The translations under genes were made by a program, and so were the position numbers. The notes beneath the pieces are model-generated. The model saw only the letters and a list, made by a program, of their open reading frames with translations. It made no database searches and was not told the DNA's origin. From Candidatus Marinacidobacterales bacterium (GTDB taxonomy: Bacteria; Acidobacteriota; Vicinamibacteria; Marinacidobacterales; SMYC01): 64,000 nucleotides of DNA. How positions within the stretch are numbered: the first letter of the stretch is position 1; every line of letters starts with the position of its first letter. This document shows positions 20,576 through 30,640 of the stretch, piece after piece. Location: positions 96,001 through 160,000 of the forward strand of contig CBDCYI010000011.1 of NCBI GenBank assembly GCA_965224085.1. The letters run 5' to 3'.

Positions 20576-21511
20576 TTAACTTTCGCTCAGCAACGCCAGG
20601 CAGCGGAGCTCGTCGAGGAAACGCCCGTCGAGGACCGGGTGAAAAAGCCGGATCCGAGCCGGATCGACGCGGTTCCTCACAAGGGGCAGAGCGGTAAGGT
20701 GAGTCCAGACCTGATCCGTACGTCGAATCTCGTTCACATTCTGAAGCCACGTTGCCGCTGGCGCCACCGTGTAACGGTCGGTGGGCACTTCTGGATAGGC
20801 GTTGGCGAGGAAGACCTTCGTACACTCGGCGTTGTCGGCGTCCCGAGTGAGAAAATGCCGGTGCTGGTCCGCCGGGATGCTCATCGCTTTGTCCAAGAGC
20901 TTCTCGTTGAAATGCATGTAGAGCAGGGAACAGTCGAGGGCTTCGGCGATCTTCTCCGCCTTCGATCTCATGTAGTAGCTGGTGAGAACATAGTGTGCCT
21001 TTTGCGGTATCCTTAGACCGCTACCGTCAGGCGGCAAGTGGCAGATTCTGGCTGGGAACCCCTCGGTAAGGCTGGCCCGCACGCATTCGTAGAAGTCACG
21101 CGTCGCCACCACTGGAAAAAGAGGGCATTGACGGCCGATACTGGGCTCGCCGAGGTCACCGAGGAGCTTCAGCAATCGGGCTCGATCGAGGCCCAGCCGC
21201 TCGGCACGCTCCACGGTCTGCTTGAGGAACTCGCTCACGGCGTGCACGGATTCCTGCATCTCTACCGAATCGATATCGTGGGCGACGAAGATGCCGCTTC
21301 GCGGGCGTACGTCGGCGAGCATGGAATCACAGAGAGCTTCGTGAATCCGCTCTGAGGTACTACGTGAGATACCGAGCTCGCGGGCGAGCCTTCGCACCGA
21401 AGGGAGGCGATCCCCGGGGTGAAGCCGACCGGCGACCAGCTGAGCTGCCGCCTGCCGCACTACTTGAAGAGCATACGACGCTGTGCTCTCGCGGTTGAGC
21501 AAGAATCCCAT
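20576..21511 (-). CDS. GntR family transcriptional regulator
   Basis: LHPGDRLPSVRRLARELGISRST wHTH; long C-terminal domain not recognised. Confidence 0.85.
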   Translation of the reverse strand: MGFLLNRESTASYALQVVRQAAAQLVAGRLHPGDRLPSVRRLARELGISRSTSERIHEALCDSMLADVRPRSGIFVAHDIDSVEMQESVHAVSEFLKQTVERAERLGLDRARLLKLLGDLGEPSIGRQCPLFPVVATRDFYECVRASLTEGFPARICHLPPDGSGLRIPQKAHYVLTSYYMRSKAEKIAEALDCSLLYMHFNEKLLDKAMSIPADQHRHFLTRDADNAECTKVFLANAYPEVPTDRYTVAPAATWLQNVNEIRRTDQVWTHLTALPLVRNRVDPARIRLFHPVLDGRFLDELRCLALLSES

Positions 21512-21730
21512 TGCCCCCTCCGGCCGATGCTGTCGAACCGGCTCGATGCCAACTACTTATAGCACATCGGCATGGGAACTCCACGGCAGTTCGTTCAGGG
21601 TCTCGAACGTAGGGTGACGACGTAGTCAATATCTGGATATTTCGAGGAGAAGCAACGAAGTCAGCGCGCAAAAGGGCCCGAGATTTATGTGACGAACTAC
21701 TGATACAGCGCACTAGCCTCTAACTTATAA

Positions 21731-23437
21731 CTAGAGCTCCCTCGCATGCACGGTCTCGTAGCGCGTGGTGGGCGCGTACACTTCGCGGGAGATGACCACA
21801 TCGACGACCGCCGGCTTTCCCGACGCCTCGGCCCGGCGCAGAGCGGGCTCGAGCGCGTCAGGCTCGATGACCCGCTCCCCGTGTGCACCGAAGGCCCGCG
21901 CCACCGCGGCGAAGTCGATATCGAGGAAATCGCTCGCTTCGGGGCAGAGCTCTTTGTGAATGTACTTCTGGACGTGATACTCGAAAGCGAGCGAGGCGTT
22001 GTTCATGACGACGGTGACGACAGGAAGCTTCCACCGGAGCGCGGTCTCCAGATCGGCGAGGTGATAGCCGAGCCCTCCGTCACCGATAAGGCAGACGACG
22101 CGCCGTTTATCCCCCACCGCGAGCTTCGCACCCAAGGCGCCCGGGAACGCCCAACCGAGTGAGCCCGCCGCGCGCAGACTGGATCGCCCGGGCACTTTCT
22201 GGTCGATCAGAGTCGACGCCCAGGACGCCATGTACCCGGTGTCGGCCACGACGATATCGTCACCCTCAACGTGCGCATCGAGCGTTTGCATAACGAATCT
22301 CGGATCGAGACGTCCGTCTTGCAAGGTGTTTCCGGCAAGCTCGCGAAACGTGGCTCGCCACTCGGCGACCTTACCGCGAACCTCCTCCGTCCACGCCTGC
22401 CACCGGAGCGGCCTTCCGGAGAAAGGTCCATCCTCGACCGCTTCCAGAAGCATTCTCAGGGCCGTTCTCGCGTCGCCCACCATCGAGATCTCTTCCCGGT
22501 AGTTGCAGCCCAGCGTCATCGCATCGAGATCAACGTGGATAATCCGGCTCTCCGGCCGCGGATACTTGAAGCCGTCCGTTGCCAGAGAGCCCAGTCGCGA
22601 GCCGATGACCAGACAGATATCGCACATCCCGAGAACGTCGTTGGCCACTTTCCGCGAGTAGCGCCCGGCGACGCCAACGGCGAGCGGATGGGTGTCGGCA
22701 ATCGAGCCCTTGCCAGCGAGAGAGGTGACGACGGGCAGCGAAAGTTTCTCGGCGAAGCATGTGAGCTCCTCCCACGCTTTCGAGAGCAGGATTCCGCCGC
22801 CGGCGAAGAGCACCGGGCGCTCCGCCTCGGCCAGCAGCGTGAGCGCCGCTTCAATCTCGGAGGCACCGGGGGACACTCGCCGGGCCGGAACCTCGAGAAG
22901 AGACTCGTCGCATGCAATGCGCCGCGGCTCGCCCAGCGACACATCGAAAAAGTCGTACGGGATACCGAGATACACCGGGCCGGGAACACCGCTCACGGCG
23001 GCCCGAACGGCGGTCGACAGAAGATCGACGATGCGGTCGGGAGCGGGAAGCTCACCGCTCCACTTGGTGAAGGGCGCGAACATCGGCAACTGATCGACTT
23101 CCTGATAATCGAGTCGATGCCTCATTCGCGTGCTCGCCGATGCGCTGATGGCGATGAGCGGGCTATTGGCCCAGAAGGCGTCGATGAGCGACGGAGGTAG
23201 ATAGGTCGCCCCCGGCCCGAACTGTACGACTCCAAAGGTGGGCTTGCCGGTCAGCCGCGCGTAGGCGTCGGCCATGCAGAAAGCCGAGCGCTCACTTCGA
23301 GCGAGAACGACCCGGATTCCTTCCCGATTTTGCATTTGGATTAACGGATCCTGCGGTGCGCCGGTCAGTGTAAAGACGTACTCCGCCCCGTAGGCCTTCA
23401 TGCCCCGCGCCAGCGCTTGTGCCACCGTCATGTGCAT
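21731..23437 (-). CDS. Thiamine diphosphate-dependent enzyme (acetolactate synthase superfamily)
   Basis: E..A..MADAYAR, GPGAT, PGPVYL and GDGG...N ThDP-binding motifs. Confidence 0.9.
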   Translation of the reverse strand: MHMTVAQALARGMKAYGAEYVFTLTGAPQDPLIQMQNREGIRVVLARSERSAFCMADAYARLTGKPTFGVVQFGPGATYLPPSLIDAFWANSPLIAISASASTRMRHRLDYQEVDQLPMFAPFTKWSGELPAPDRIVDLLSTAVRAAVSGVPGPVYLGIPYDFFDVSLGEPRRIACDESLLEVPARRVSPGASEIEAALTLLAEAERPVLFAGGGILLSKAWEELTCFAEKLSLPVVTSLAGKGSIADTHPLAVGVAGRYSRKVANDVLGMCDICLVIGSRLGSLATDGFKYPRPESRIIHVDLDAMTLGCNYREEISMVGDARTALRMLLEAVEDGPFSGRPLRWQAWTEEVRGKVAEWRATFRELAGNTLQDGRLDPRFVMQTLDAHVEGDDIVVADTGYMASWASTLIDQKVPGRSSLRAAGSLGWAFPGALGAKLAVGDKRRVVCLIGDGGLGYHLADLETALRWKLPVVTVVMNNASLAFEYHVQKYIHKELCPEASDFLDIDFAAVARAFGAHGERVIEPDALEPALRRAEASGKPAVVDVVISREVYAPTTRYETVHAREL

Positions 23438-23440
23438 GTT

Positions 23441-24817
23441 CTACTCCTTGATCGTCGCCGCGCCGGACCAATGGAAACGATCGGGAGCGAACGGCGTGAT
23501 GTCGACAGAAGTTGGACGCCTGGAAGCCAGCTCGGCAACGAGCTTTGCGGTAATGGCGGCCAGCGCCAGTCCCACGTGTCCGTGTCCGAAAGCGAAATAG
23601 ACGTTGCAGTAGCGGGGCGAACGGCCGACGACTGGGAGGGAATCCGGCGTCGCCGGGCGATGGCCCATCCAGTAGGTCGCTCCTTCGATGGACAGGCCGG
23701 GAACGAGACTCTCGGCGACCGACACGAGCCTGTCTGCACAGGAATAGTCGGCTGGTTTCGTAACCCCCGCGAGCTCTCGAACACCTGCGATCCGCAGGCC
23801 GGCTTCCATCGGGGTCAGGACCACCCCACGTCCTCCCGCCTTGATCGGTATTCGCACCGACACGCCGGGTCTTGGCAACATGGTGTGGTAGCCGCGCTCG
23901 GATTCGAGGGGCACCTTCGTTCCGAGCTCGGCCGCCAAGGGGCGCGACCAGGCGCCGGCAGCGATGACCAACGTTTCCACATCCATACCGCCGCTCTCGG
24001 TCACGAGCCGACAGGGACCATTGCTGCCAAGCTCGAAAGCCTTCACCGTTGCTCGCACCAGACGCCCTCCAGTGCGTCGGAAATGCCCTACTAGAGTTTG
24101 GACCAGGCGAAAGGGATCGATGCAGTGTGCCACCTGAGGAAAGTAAGCAGCGTTCGTCACACCTGGCGCGAGCGCCGGCTCGAGCTCGCGAGCCTGCTCA
24201 CCGGTGAGCTCTCGAACCTCCGCGCCGTTGCGCCTCTGGATGTCTCGTTCCAAGTCATCTCGCTCGAACGCCTGGCGGCTTTCGTACACGTGGAGCTTGC
24301 CCGAGCGCTGGACCATCGCTTCGGCACCCGCGTCCTCTAGAAGCGGTGCGTAGGCATCAAAGAGAGATCGCTGCAGCGAGCGCAGAGATCGGGCGATCGC
24401 CTCCGCGCGGCGGCGACGACTGCTCACAAGGAAACGGAGCAGCCACGGAGCCGCCTTGGGGAGATGGTGCAGCCGCACCGACAGCGAGGAACAAGAGGAA
24501 AGGAGCGTGCGGGGCAATCGGCGTGCGGCTCCCGGCAGGGCGAGCGGCACGCACGAAGCAGCGCCGAAGATTCCCGCGTTTCCCTTCGAGCAGCCTTCTC
24601 CGGGAGCCTCCCGATCGACGACGGTGACGGCGAAGCCTTCTCGCTGTAGATAGAGAGCGCAGCAAACGCCTACAATCCCGGCCCCGATGACGGTGACCTC
24701 GCGGGAAGCGTCCCCCTGTGGAACCACGGCGTTTCTCAATTCTCCTGCAACCGATGCATCATACGCAATTCGGTTGTCTTTGGCCCGCGTGAGCTCGAAA
24801 AGCCACGCCGCTCTCAA
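23441..24817 (-). CDS. D-amino acid dehydrogenase-like FAD oxidoreductase
   Basis: VIGAGIVG, GCSKGNAG, ERGYH, WMGHRPATPDSLP and GHGHVGL; true start probably downstream of 24817. Confidence 0.88.
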   Translation of the reverse strand: MRAAWLFELTRAKDNRIAYDASVAGELRNAVVPQGDASREVTVIGAGIVGVCCALYLQREGFAVTVVDREAPGEGCSKGNAGIFGAASCVPLALPGAARRLPRTLLSSCSSLSVRLHHLPKAAPWLLRFLVSSRRRRAEAIARSLRSLQRSLFDAYAPLLEDAGAEAMVQRSGKLHVYESRQAFERDDLERDIQRRNGAEVRELTGEQARELEPALAPGVTNAAYFPQVAHCIDPFRLVQTLVGHFRRTGGRLVRATVKAFELGSNGPCRLVTESGGMDVETLVIAAGAWSRPLAAELGTKVPLESERGYHTMLPRPGVSVRIPIKAGGRGVVLTPMEAGLRIAGVRELAGVTKPADYSCADRLVSVAESLVPGLSIEGATYWMGHRPATPDSLPVVGRSPRYCNVYFAFGHGHVGLALAAITAKLVAELASRRPTSVDITPFAPDRFHWSGAATIKE

Positions 24818-24939
24818 AGAAGGTGGTATAACACGTCCGGAATGCTTTGGAGTGCTTCGGGTCGACGCCGGGAATGACGCCTGATAGCGGGCTCGTTCGT
24901 TGCGCCGCCGGCCGGTGCGTCCAATGGCTGGAGGTGCCC

Positions 24940-26697
24940 ATGATTCGCCGACTCCTCATCGCGTTTCTGCCTTTCGCCCTGGCCACTCTGGCTGTGGGCG
25001 CTGCCGCGCAAGGGCAAGAGCCGTCCCACCCTCCCGAGTTCGTGGCCCTTGCCACCGAGCTCCGCCAATGGCAACGCGATCAGCCTGCCGGGGTGCCCGA
25101 CTTCGCCGAGCAGGCGGAGAAACGAAAACGAGAGCTTCCCGAGTTTCGCCAACGTCTTCACCGCTTGAATCCTCGAAACTGGCCCGTGCACGCCCAGGTG
25201 GACTACTTGATGCTTCAGGCGGAGCTGGACGCTCTCGACTTCCGGCTGAATGTGATCCGAGAGACTTCGAAGAACCCGGATTTCTACCTGAGCCAGGCGG
25301 TGAGCAGGGTGACGAGGCACATCGGCGGCCGGTTCCAGAGGGCACCGGGAGTCACCGTGCCCTACGACGCCGACCGAGCAGCCGCTATCGTTCAGGCTTT
25401 AACGGAGATCGAAGCGATCGTTTCTCAGGCGCCCCGGGCGCTCGGCGGGGCGGTTCCCGAGCTGGCCGATGTGGCGATCGAGAGAACGAACGGCGTTCGC
25501 GAGAACTGCGCCGAACTTGCCCGGGTGGTCGGCCAACACCTGCCCGAGCCCTACGCCTCGCAAATCGGCCCCGCTGCGAAGCGGGCGGCCGAGGCCCTCT
25601 TTCAGTATCGCGAGTGGCTTCGGGAGAACCGTTCGAGGATGACGGGAAGCTACGTCGTCGGCCGGCCGGCCTTCGAGTGGTACGTACAACGGGTGATGAT
25701 GTTTCCCTACGACAGCGACCAGCTGCTGATGCAGGCGGAAATGGAGCGGAGCCGTAACTGGGCTTTCCTGCAGTTCGAAAGGCAGAAGAACCGTCACTTG
25801 CCTCATCCGGGCAAGATGTTCACCGTCGCTCCACTGAGACCGGCGGCGACGAATCAGGAGTACTCGGAGTGGAAGGATGCCACAGACGTCGGGAGTCGCC
25901 TCTGGGCGGAGAAGCAGGACCTCTTCACTCACCCGGACGAGCTGGGGCCCATGCGGCACGGGCAAGGCGGAATCTGGATCGAGCCATTCGGCCTCATGGC
26001 CTTTCCCGAGAAGCCGCTTCCTCCGGGCTCCTATGCCCAGTTCGTCGTGGAGCCCGATCACTGGTGGGCCCACTCGTACTGGATAATGGGACACCGCCGC
26101 GACCCGGGGGACAATCATCTTCACAACGAGTATCCCGGCCACCGGTTCGAGACCACCGTGAGCCAGAAGAACACCTGCTCCCTGCGCCGCGGACACCGCA
26201 CCCGCGGGGACTCCTGGTGTTTCTACGTCGAGGAGATGCAGCTCCAGCTCGACTATCCCTTCGTTCGGGGAGCCAGGGCACGGGAGCTCATGTACGGTCT
26301 CGCCATCATGCGCGCCGAGCGGGTTCACGTAGCGGTGAACATGGCCCGCGGATCCATGGCCCCCGAGCAGGTGGAGGAGTACATGATGGCGTCGGTGCCG
26401 TGGATGGAGCCTTACGTGGCCAAGAAGCACGAAGTGTGGCGCAAGCTCGTTCGGCCGGCCGGCGTGCTCTACTACCAGGTGGGAAAGTACGAGATCTACA
26501 AGCTTCTGAGAGATCGAATGAGACAGCTCGGTGACGATTTCGACGTCAGGGCTTTCCACGACGCACTTCTGGCAACCGGACAGATTCCCGTCTCTCTGGC
26601 TCGCCTGGATATGACGGGCACGAACGAGGAGATCGACTACCTGTGGGACTGGAAGCCGATCCCCGAGCTGCCGGAGCGGCGATCGGCAGGAAGGTGA
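24940..26697 (+). CDS. Secreted DUF885 family protein
   Basis: Signal peptide; HNEYPGH, W.FYVE and YQVGKYEI..FDVRAFHDALL motifs; GGAGG RBS. Confidence 0.8.
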   Translation: MIRRLLIAFLPFALATLAVGAAAQGQEPSHPPEFVALATELRQWQRDQPAGVPDFAEQAEKRKRELPEFRQRLHRLNPRNWPVHAQVDYLMLQAELDALDFRLNVIRETSKNPDFYLSQAVSRVTRHIGGRFQRAPGVTVPYDADRAAAIVQALTEIEAIVSQAPRALGGAVPELADVAIERTNGVRENCAELARVVGQHLPEPYASQIGPAAKRAAEALFQYREWLRENRSRMTGSYVVGRPAFEWYVQRVMMFPYDSDQLLMQAEMERSRNWAFLQFERQKNRHLPHPGKMFTVAPLRPAATNQEYSEWKDATDVGSRLWAEKQDLFTHPDELGPMRHGQGGIWIEPFGLMAFPEKPLPPGSYAQFVVEPDHWWAHSYWIMGHRRDPGDNHLHNEYPGHRFETTVSQKNTCSLRRGHRTRGDSWCFYVEEMQLQLDYPFVRGARARELMYGLAIMRAERVHVAVNMARGSMAPEQVEEYMMASVPWMEPYVAKKHEVWRKLVRPAGVLYYQVGKYEIYKLLRDRMRQLGDDFDVRAFHDALLATGQIPVSLARLDMTGTNEEIDYLWDWKPIPELPERRSAGR

Positions 26698-26726
26698 GAA
26701 GCGTGCGTGGTCGTCAGCTAGGCAGG

Positions 26727-28665
26727 CTAGTCAGAAGTTCCCCTAACAGAAACACCTAGAACGGGGTGTAATTCATTGATTCTAAGTGGGAAACGAGAAA
26801 ACGTGGCCCCACAAGTTTTCCCATGTATTGATCTGTTTTATATTGATATTAAGCTTTTTATGTGTATTATTGTTGCCATGTATGTCGACATCGTTCCCAA
26901 CCGGAACTCCCGGCCAGCCATCTTGTTGCGCGAGGGTTGGCGAGAGGGAAAGCGCATCCGAAAACGCACCATCGCCAATCTGACGGAGTGGCCCAAGGCC
27001 AAGGTCGAAGCCCTGCGACGCTTACTGAGAGACGAGCCCTTGATGGCTCCGTCGGATGTGTTCGTCGTGCAGCGGACACTGCCCCACGGCCATGTCGAGG
27101 CAGTGCTCGGCACCATCCACCAACTGGAACTCGATAGACTCATCGCGTCGAAACGATGTCGCGAACGCGATCTGGTTATCGCCATGATTGCCGAGCAACT
27201 CATTCATCCCAGCTCGAAGTTGGGCACGACACGACTGTGGCACACGACAACGCTGGCGCAAGAGCTCGGCGTGGTCGATGCGGACGAAGATGATCTCTAT
27301 GCGGCAATGGATTGGTTGATCCAGCGCCAGTCTCGGATCGAAAAGAAGCTGGCGAGTCGACACCTTTCCGAGGGTGCACAGGTGCTTTACGATGTGAGCA
27401 GTAGCTACTATGAAGGATGCACCTGTCCACTGGCTCTTTTCGGCTACGGCCGAGATGGTAAAAAGGGCAAACCCATCGTTGTCTATGGAGTGTTAACGGA
27501 CCACGAAGGACGTCCCGTGGCCGTGGAGGTCTACCCGGGGAACACAGGGGATCCGACGACACTGCCGGATCAAGTACAAAAGCTTCGTGAGCGTTTTGAG
27601 CTTCAACAGGTGGTGCTGGTTGGTGACCGGGGCTTGCTCACTCAGACTCAGATTAAGGCTCTAAGGCAATACCCAGGACTTGGCTGGATCTCAGCCTTGC
27701 GTTCGACAGCGATTCGCAAACTACTGGACACGGAGTGTTTGCAGCTGTCGCTGTTCGACCAAAAAAACCTGGCGGAGATCACTTCTATTGATTTTCCCGG
27801 TGAGCGACTGATTGCTTGCTACAACCCTCTGCTGGCCGAAGAGAGGCGAAGGAAGCGCCAGGCCCTGCTTGAAGCGACCGAGGCCAAGTTCGACAAGATC
27901 CGCCGACAGGTTGCCCGGCGAACGAAAACTCCTTTGGACAAAGCTGAAATTGGCAAGAAGGTCGGAAAGGTGCTCAACTATTACAAAGTGGGCAAGCACT
28001 TCACACTGAAGATCGAAGATAGCCTTTTTAGCTACAGCAGACGCGAGGAAAGCATTCGCCGAGAATCGGAACGCGACGGCATCTACGTAATCCGCACCAG
28101 CGAGCCGCTTGAGCATCTCTCGGCCGAGGACACCGTGCGCAGCTACAAGCGGCTCTCTCAGGTTGAACAAGCCTTTCGTTGTTTGAAGGGCATCGACCTG
28201 TTAGTACGACCCATCCGCCATCGCGATGCCCAACGCGTGCGGGCACACATCTTCTTGTGCTTGCTCGCCTACTATGTGCAATGGCACATGAAAAAGGCCC
28301 TTGCTCCACTACTTTTCGTCGACGAGCAACTTGACGCCGACCGCGAGACCCGAGACCCCGTCTTGCCAGCTCTGCCCTCGACTTCGGCCAAAAACAAAAA
28401 GAGCGTCCGTCGCACATCTGACGGATTACCTATTCACAGTTTCCCCACGCTTCTTGCCGAGCTTGCTACCCGCAGTCTCAACCTTTGCCAACTCAAAGCC
28501 GACCCGACCGCTCCACCATTCCAGATGGTGACCGAAGCCAACTCAACACAACAACGCGCAATGCAACTGCTCGGTTTGTTCCCAGTGCCGGGAAACCTTC
28601 CCTGATGAAAAACTCCACGCGTTCAATACATTACGTCTGGCCTAAGCCGGGAACTTCCGGCTTAG
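26727..28665 (+). mobile_element. IS1634 family element A
   Basis: Imperfect IRs CTAGTCAGAAGTTCCC / GGGAACTTCCGGCTTAG; IHF-like site at 26769-26781. Confidence 0.85.
26878..28605 (+). CDS. IS1634 family transposase A
   Basis: LYDVSSSYYEG, GYGRDGK, VGDRG, YKRLSQVEQAFR, RPIRH..RVRAHIFLC. Confidence 0.93.
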   Translation: MYVDIVPNRNSRPAILLREGWREGKRIRKRTIANLTEWPKAKVEALRRLLRDEPLMAPSDVFVVQRTLPHGHVEAVLGTIHQLELDRLIASKRCRERDLVIAMIAEQLIHPSSKLGTTRLWHTTTLAQELGVVDADEDDLYAAMDWLIQRQSRIEKKLASRHLSEGAQVLYDVSSSYYEGCTCPLALFGYGRDGKKGKPIVVYGVLTDHEGRPVAVEVYPGNTGDPTTLPDQVQKLRERFELQQVVLVGDRGLLTQTQIKALRQYPGLGWISALRSTAIRKLLDTECLQLSLFDQKNLAEITSIDFPGERLIACYNPLLAEERRRKRQALLEATEAKFDKIRRQVARRTKTPLDKAEIGKKVGKVLNYYKVGKHFTLKIEDSLFSYSRREESIRRESERDGIYVIRTSEPLEHLSAEDTVRSYKRLSQVEQAFRCLKGIDLLVRPIRHRDAQRVRAHIFLCLLAYYVQWHMKKALAPLLFVDEQLDADRETRDPVLPALPSTSAKNKKSVRRTSDGLPIHSFPTLLAELATRSLNLCQLKADPTAPPFQMVTEANSTQQRAMQLLGLFPVPGNLP

Positions 28666-28827
28666 CCCATGTTTACCCTTTATGGGCACCCTAACGCTCG
28701 TAAGTGACTGAATTCAAAGGAACGGGGGTTGAATTTGCCCAAAACGTAGAGACAGATATTGTGCTTTGAGCGCCATTAATACGTTGTAATCGTGGACAAT
28801 GATATGTAGTATGCGTGAGGACAGGTT

Positions 28828-30603
28828 ATGTTCTTCCGCATCGTTCGGGCCGCAGGCGGCAAAGGGGTTCAACATGAGTATGTCCGCCTGGTCGAGTCGT
28901 ATCGGGAGCACGGCAAGCCGAAGCAACGCGTAGTGTGCAACTTGGGGCGCAAGGATCTCCTAGTTGCCAATCTCGACTCCCTCAATCGGTTGCTTGGGGC
29001 CGGTGAACCGGCCGACACCGAGCGAGCAGCCGAGCAGATCGCGGGGGCAGACGCGTGGGATTGGGGTCCGATGGTGGTGACGGCGACGCTGTGGCGCGAG
29101 CTCGGACTGGAGCAGATTCTCGACCGGCTCGGAGGCCGCGGCAAGCGCGACGGAGTGGCGCTAAGCGAGCGAGCTTTGGTGCTGGTCGCCAACCGGCTAT
29201 GTGCTCCGTCAAGCGAGCACGGTCTGGCGCGCTGGCTCGAGACCGACTTCGTCTGCGACCGGCAGGGGCGGCGGTGGGTGCCGCAGTGGCGCGATGATGG
29301 GGAGCGGCGAGCGAGTCGCTCCCCGCGGGTTCGCGTGGAGTTTTGCCAACTCAAGCAATGGTACCGAACGCTCGACCAGCTGCATGCCCGCAAAGAACAG
29401 ATCGAGAAAGAGCTGTTTTTGCGCTTGCGGGATCTGTTTTCGCTTGAGGTTGACATGGTGTTTTACGACCTGACGTCGACGTACTTCGAAGGTCAAGGCC
29501 CTCCGGGGCTCGGCGCCCACGGCTACAGTCGCGACCGCAGACCGCGTAACCGGCAAGTGCTTGTCGGTCTGGTGATGGTGGACGGTTGGCCGATCGCCCA
29601 CCATGTTTTCGCCGGCAACTGGCGTGACGCGAAAACGGTGCCGCAGGTGCTCAACGATCTCAACGAACGATTCGGTTTGCACCGCGTGGTTTTTGTCGGC
29701 GACCGAGGGATGGTAACGAGCGACAGCCTGGCGGTGGTGCGCTCGCGCAAGCAGGGCTATCTCGTCGGGCTGCAAAGACGACGGCGCGAGGAGGTCTATC
29801 GTTACATCGAGCGCGCCAGCGGAGAGTGGATCGACTGCCCTGGTGGCATCACGGTGAGCGAAAAAGCCGAGCCACCTAAGACTCGTGTGCAAGAAGTCCG
29901 CTCCGAGCAGTCTGGCGTGCGCATCTTCGTCGTTCACAGCGACGAAAGGCTCGCCTACGAGCGCGGGCAGAGGCTGCGGGCCATGGGACGTGCCCGTGCG
30001 GCATTCGAGGCCCTTGAGCGCCGCGTGCGCGAGGGACGATTGAAAGCCCCCGAGAAAATCGGTGCCGCCGCCGCGCGCATACAGGCACGCCACCACGGTC
30101 ACCGTTACTACGACTGGGAGTACAAAAACGCTCGCTTCCGCTTCTTCGAGCACCCGGTCAACCTCAAGCGCGAGCAAGCCTACGAGGGTAAGTACGTTAT
30201 TCAAACCGAGGAGCAAAACCTCTCTCCGGTCGACGCCGTGCGCCTTTACAAGGACCTAAACGAGGTCGAGCGAGCCTTCTCATGCCTTAAGGATGTCATT
30301 GAGATGCGTCCCGTTTACCACCAGACCGATGAGCGTGTGGGGGCACATCTTTTCGTAGCTACGCTGGCCTTCCTTGTGCATCGGGCTCTTGAGAAAAAGC
30401 TCAAGGTCGCCGAACTCGACCTGTCCGCAACCGAGGCACTACAAGCGCTACGCTCGGTCCGGCTCGTCGACTTACAGCTGGGTTCTGGGCGGACCAAGCG
30501 CGTCGTCACGCGCGGCACCGCTCGCGCCAACTCGATCCTGACTGCACTCGGAATCGTTGAACGCGACCCGCCAGCCTTCTCCGAGGAGGTGCTGTCAGCG
30601 TAG
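28828..30603 (+). CDS. IS1634 family transposase B
   Basis: FYDLTSTYFEG, GYSRD, VGDRGM, YKDLNEVERAF, RPVYH. Confidence 0.93.
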   Translation: MFFRIVRAAGGKGVQHEYVRLVESYREHGKPKQRVVCNLGRKDLLVANLDSLNRLLGAGEPADTERAAEQIAGADAWDWGPMVVTATLWRELGLEQILDRLGGRGKRDGVALSERALVLVANRLCAPSSEHGLARWLETDFVCDRQGRRWVPQWRDDGERRASRSPRVRVEFCQLKQWYRTLDQLHARKEQIEKELFLRLRDLFSLEVDMVFYDLTSTYFEGQGPPGLGAHGYSRDRRPRNRQVLVGLVMVDGWPIAHHVFAGNWRDAKTVPQVLNDLNERFGLHRVVFVGDRGMVTSDSLAVVRSRKQGYLVGLQRRRREEVYRYIERASGEWIDCPGGITVSEKAEPPKTRVQEVRSEQSGVRIFVVHSDERLAYERGQRLRAMGRARAAFEALERRVREGRLKAPEKIGAAAARIQARHHGHRYYDWEYKNARFRFFEHPVNLKREQAYEGKYVIQTEEQNLSPVDAVRLYKDLNEVERAFSCLKDVIEMRPVYHQTDERVGAHLFVATLAFLVHRALEKKLKVAELDLSATEALQALRSVRLVDLQLGSGRTKRVVTRGTARANSILTALGIVERDPPAFSEEVLSA

Positions 30604-30640
30604 AGACAAACCGCGGATCTCAGTCCTTTGTTTATGATGA

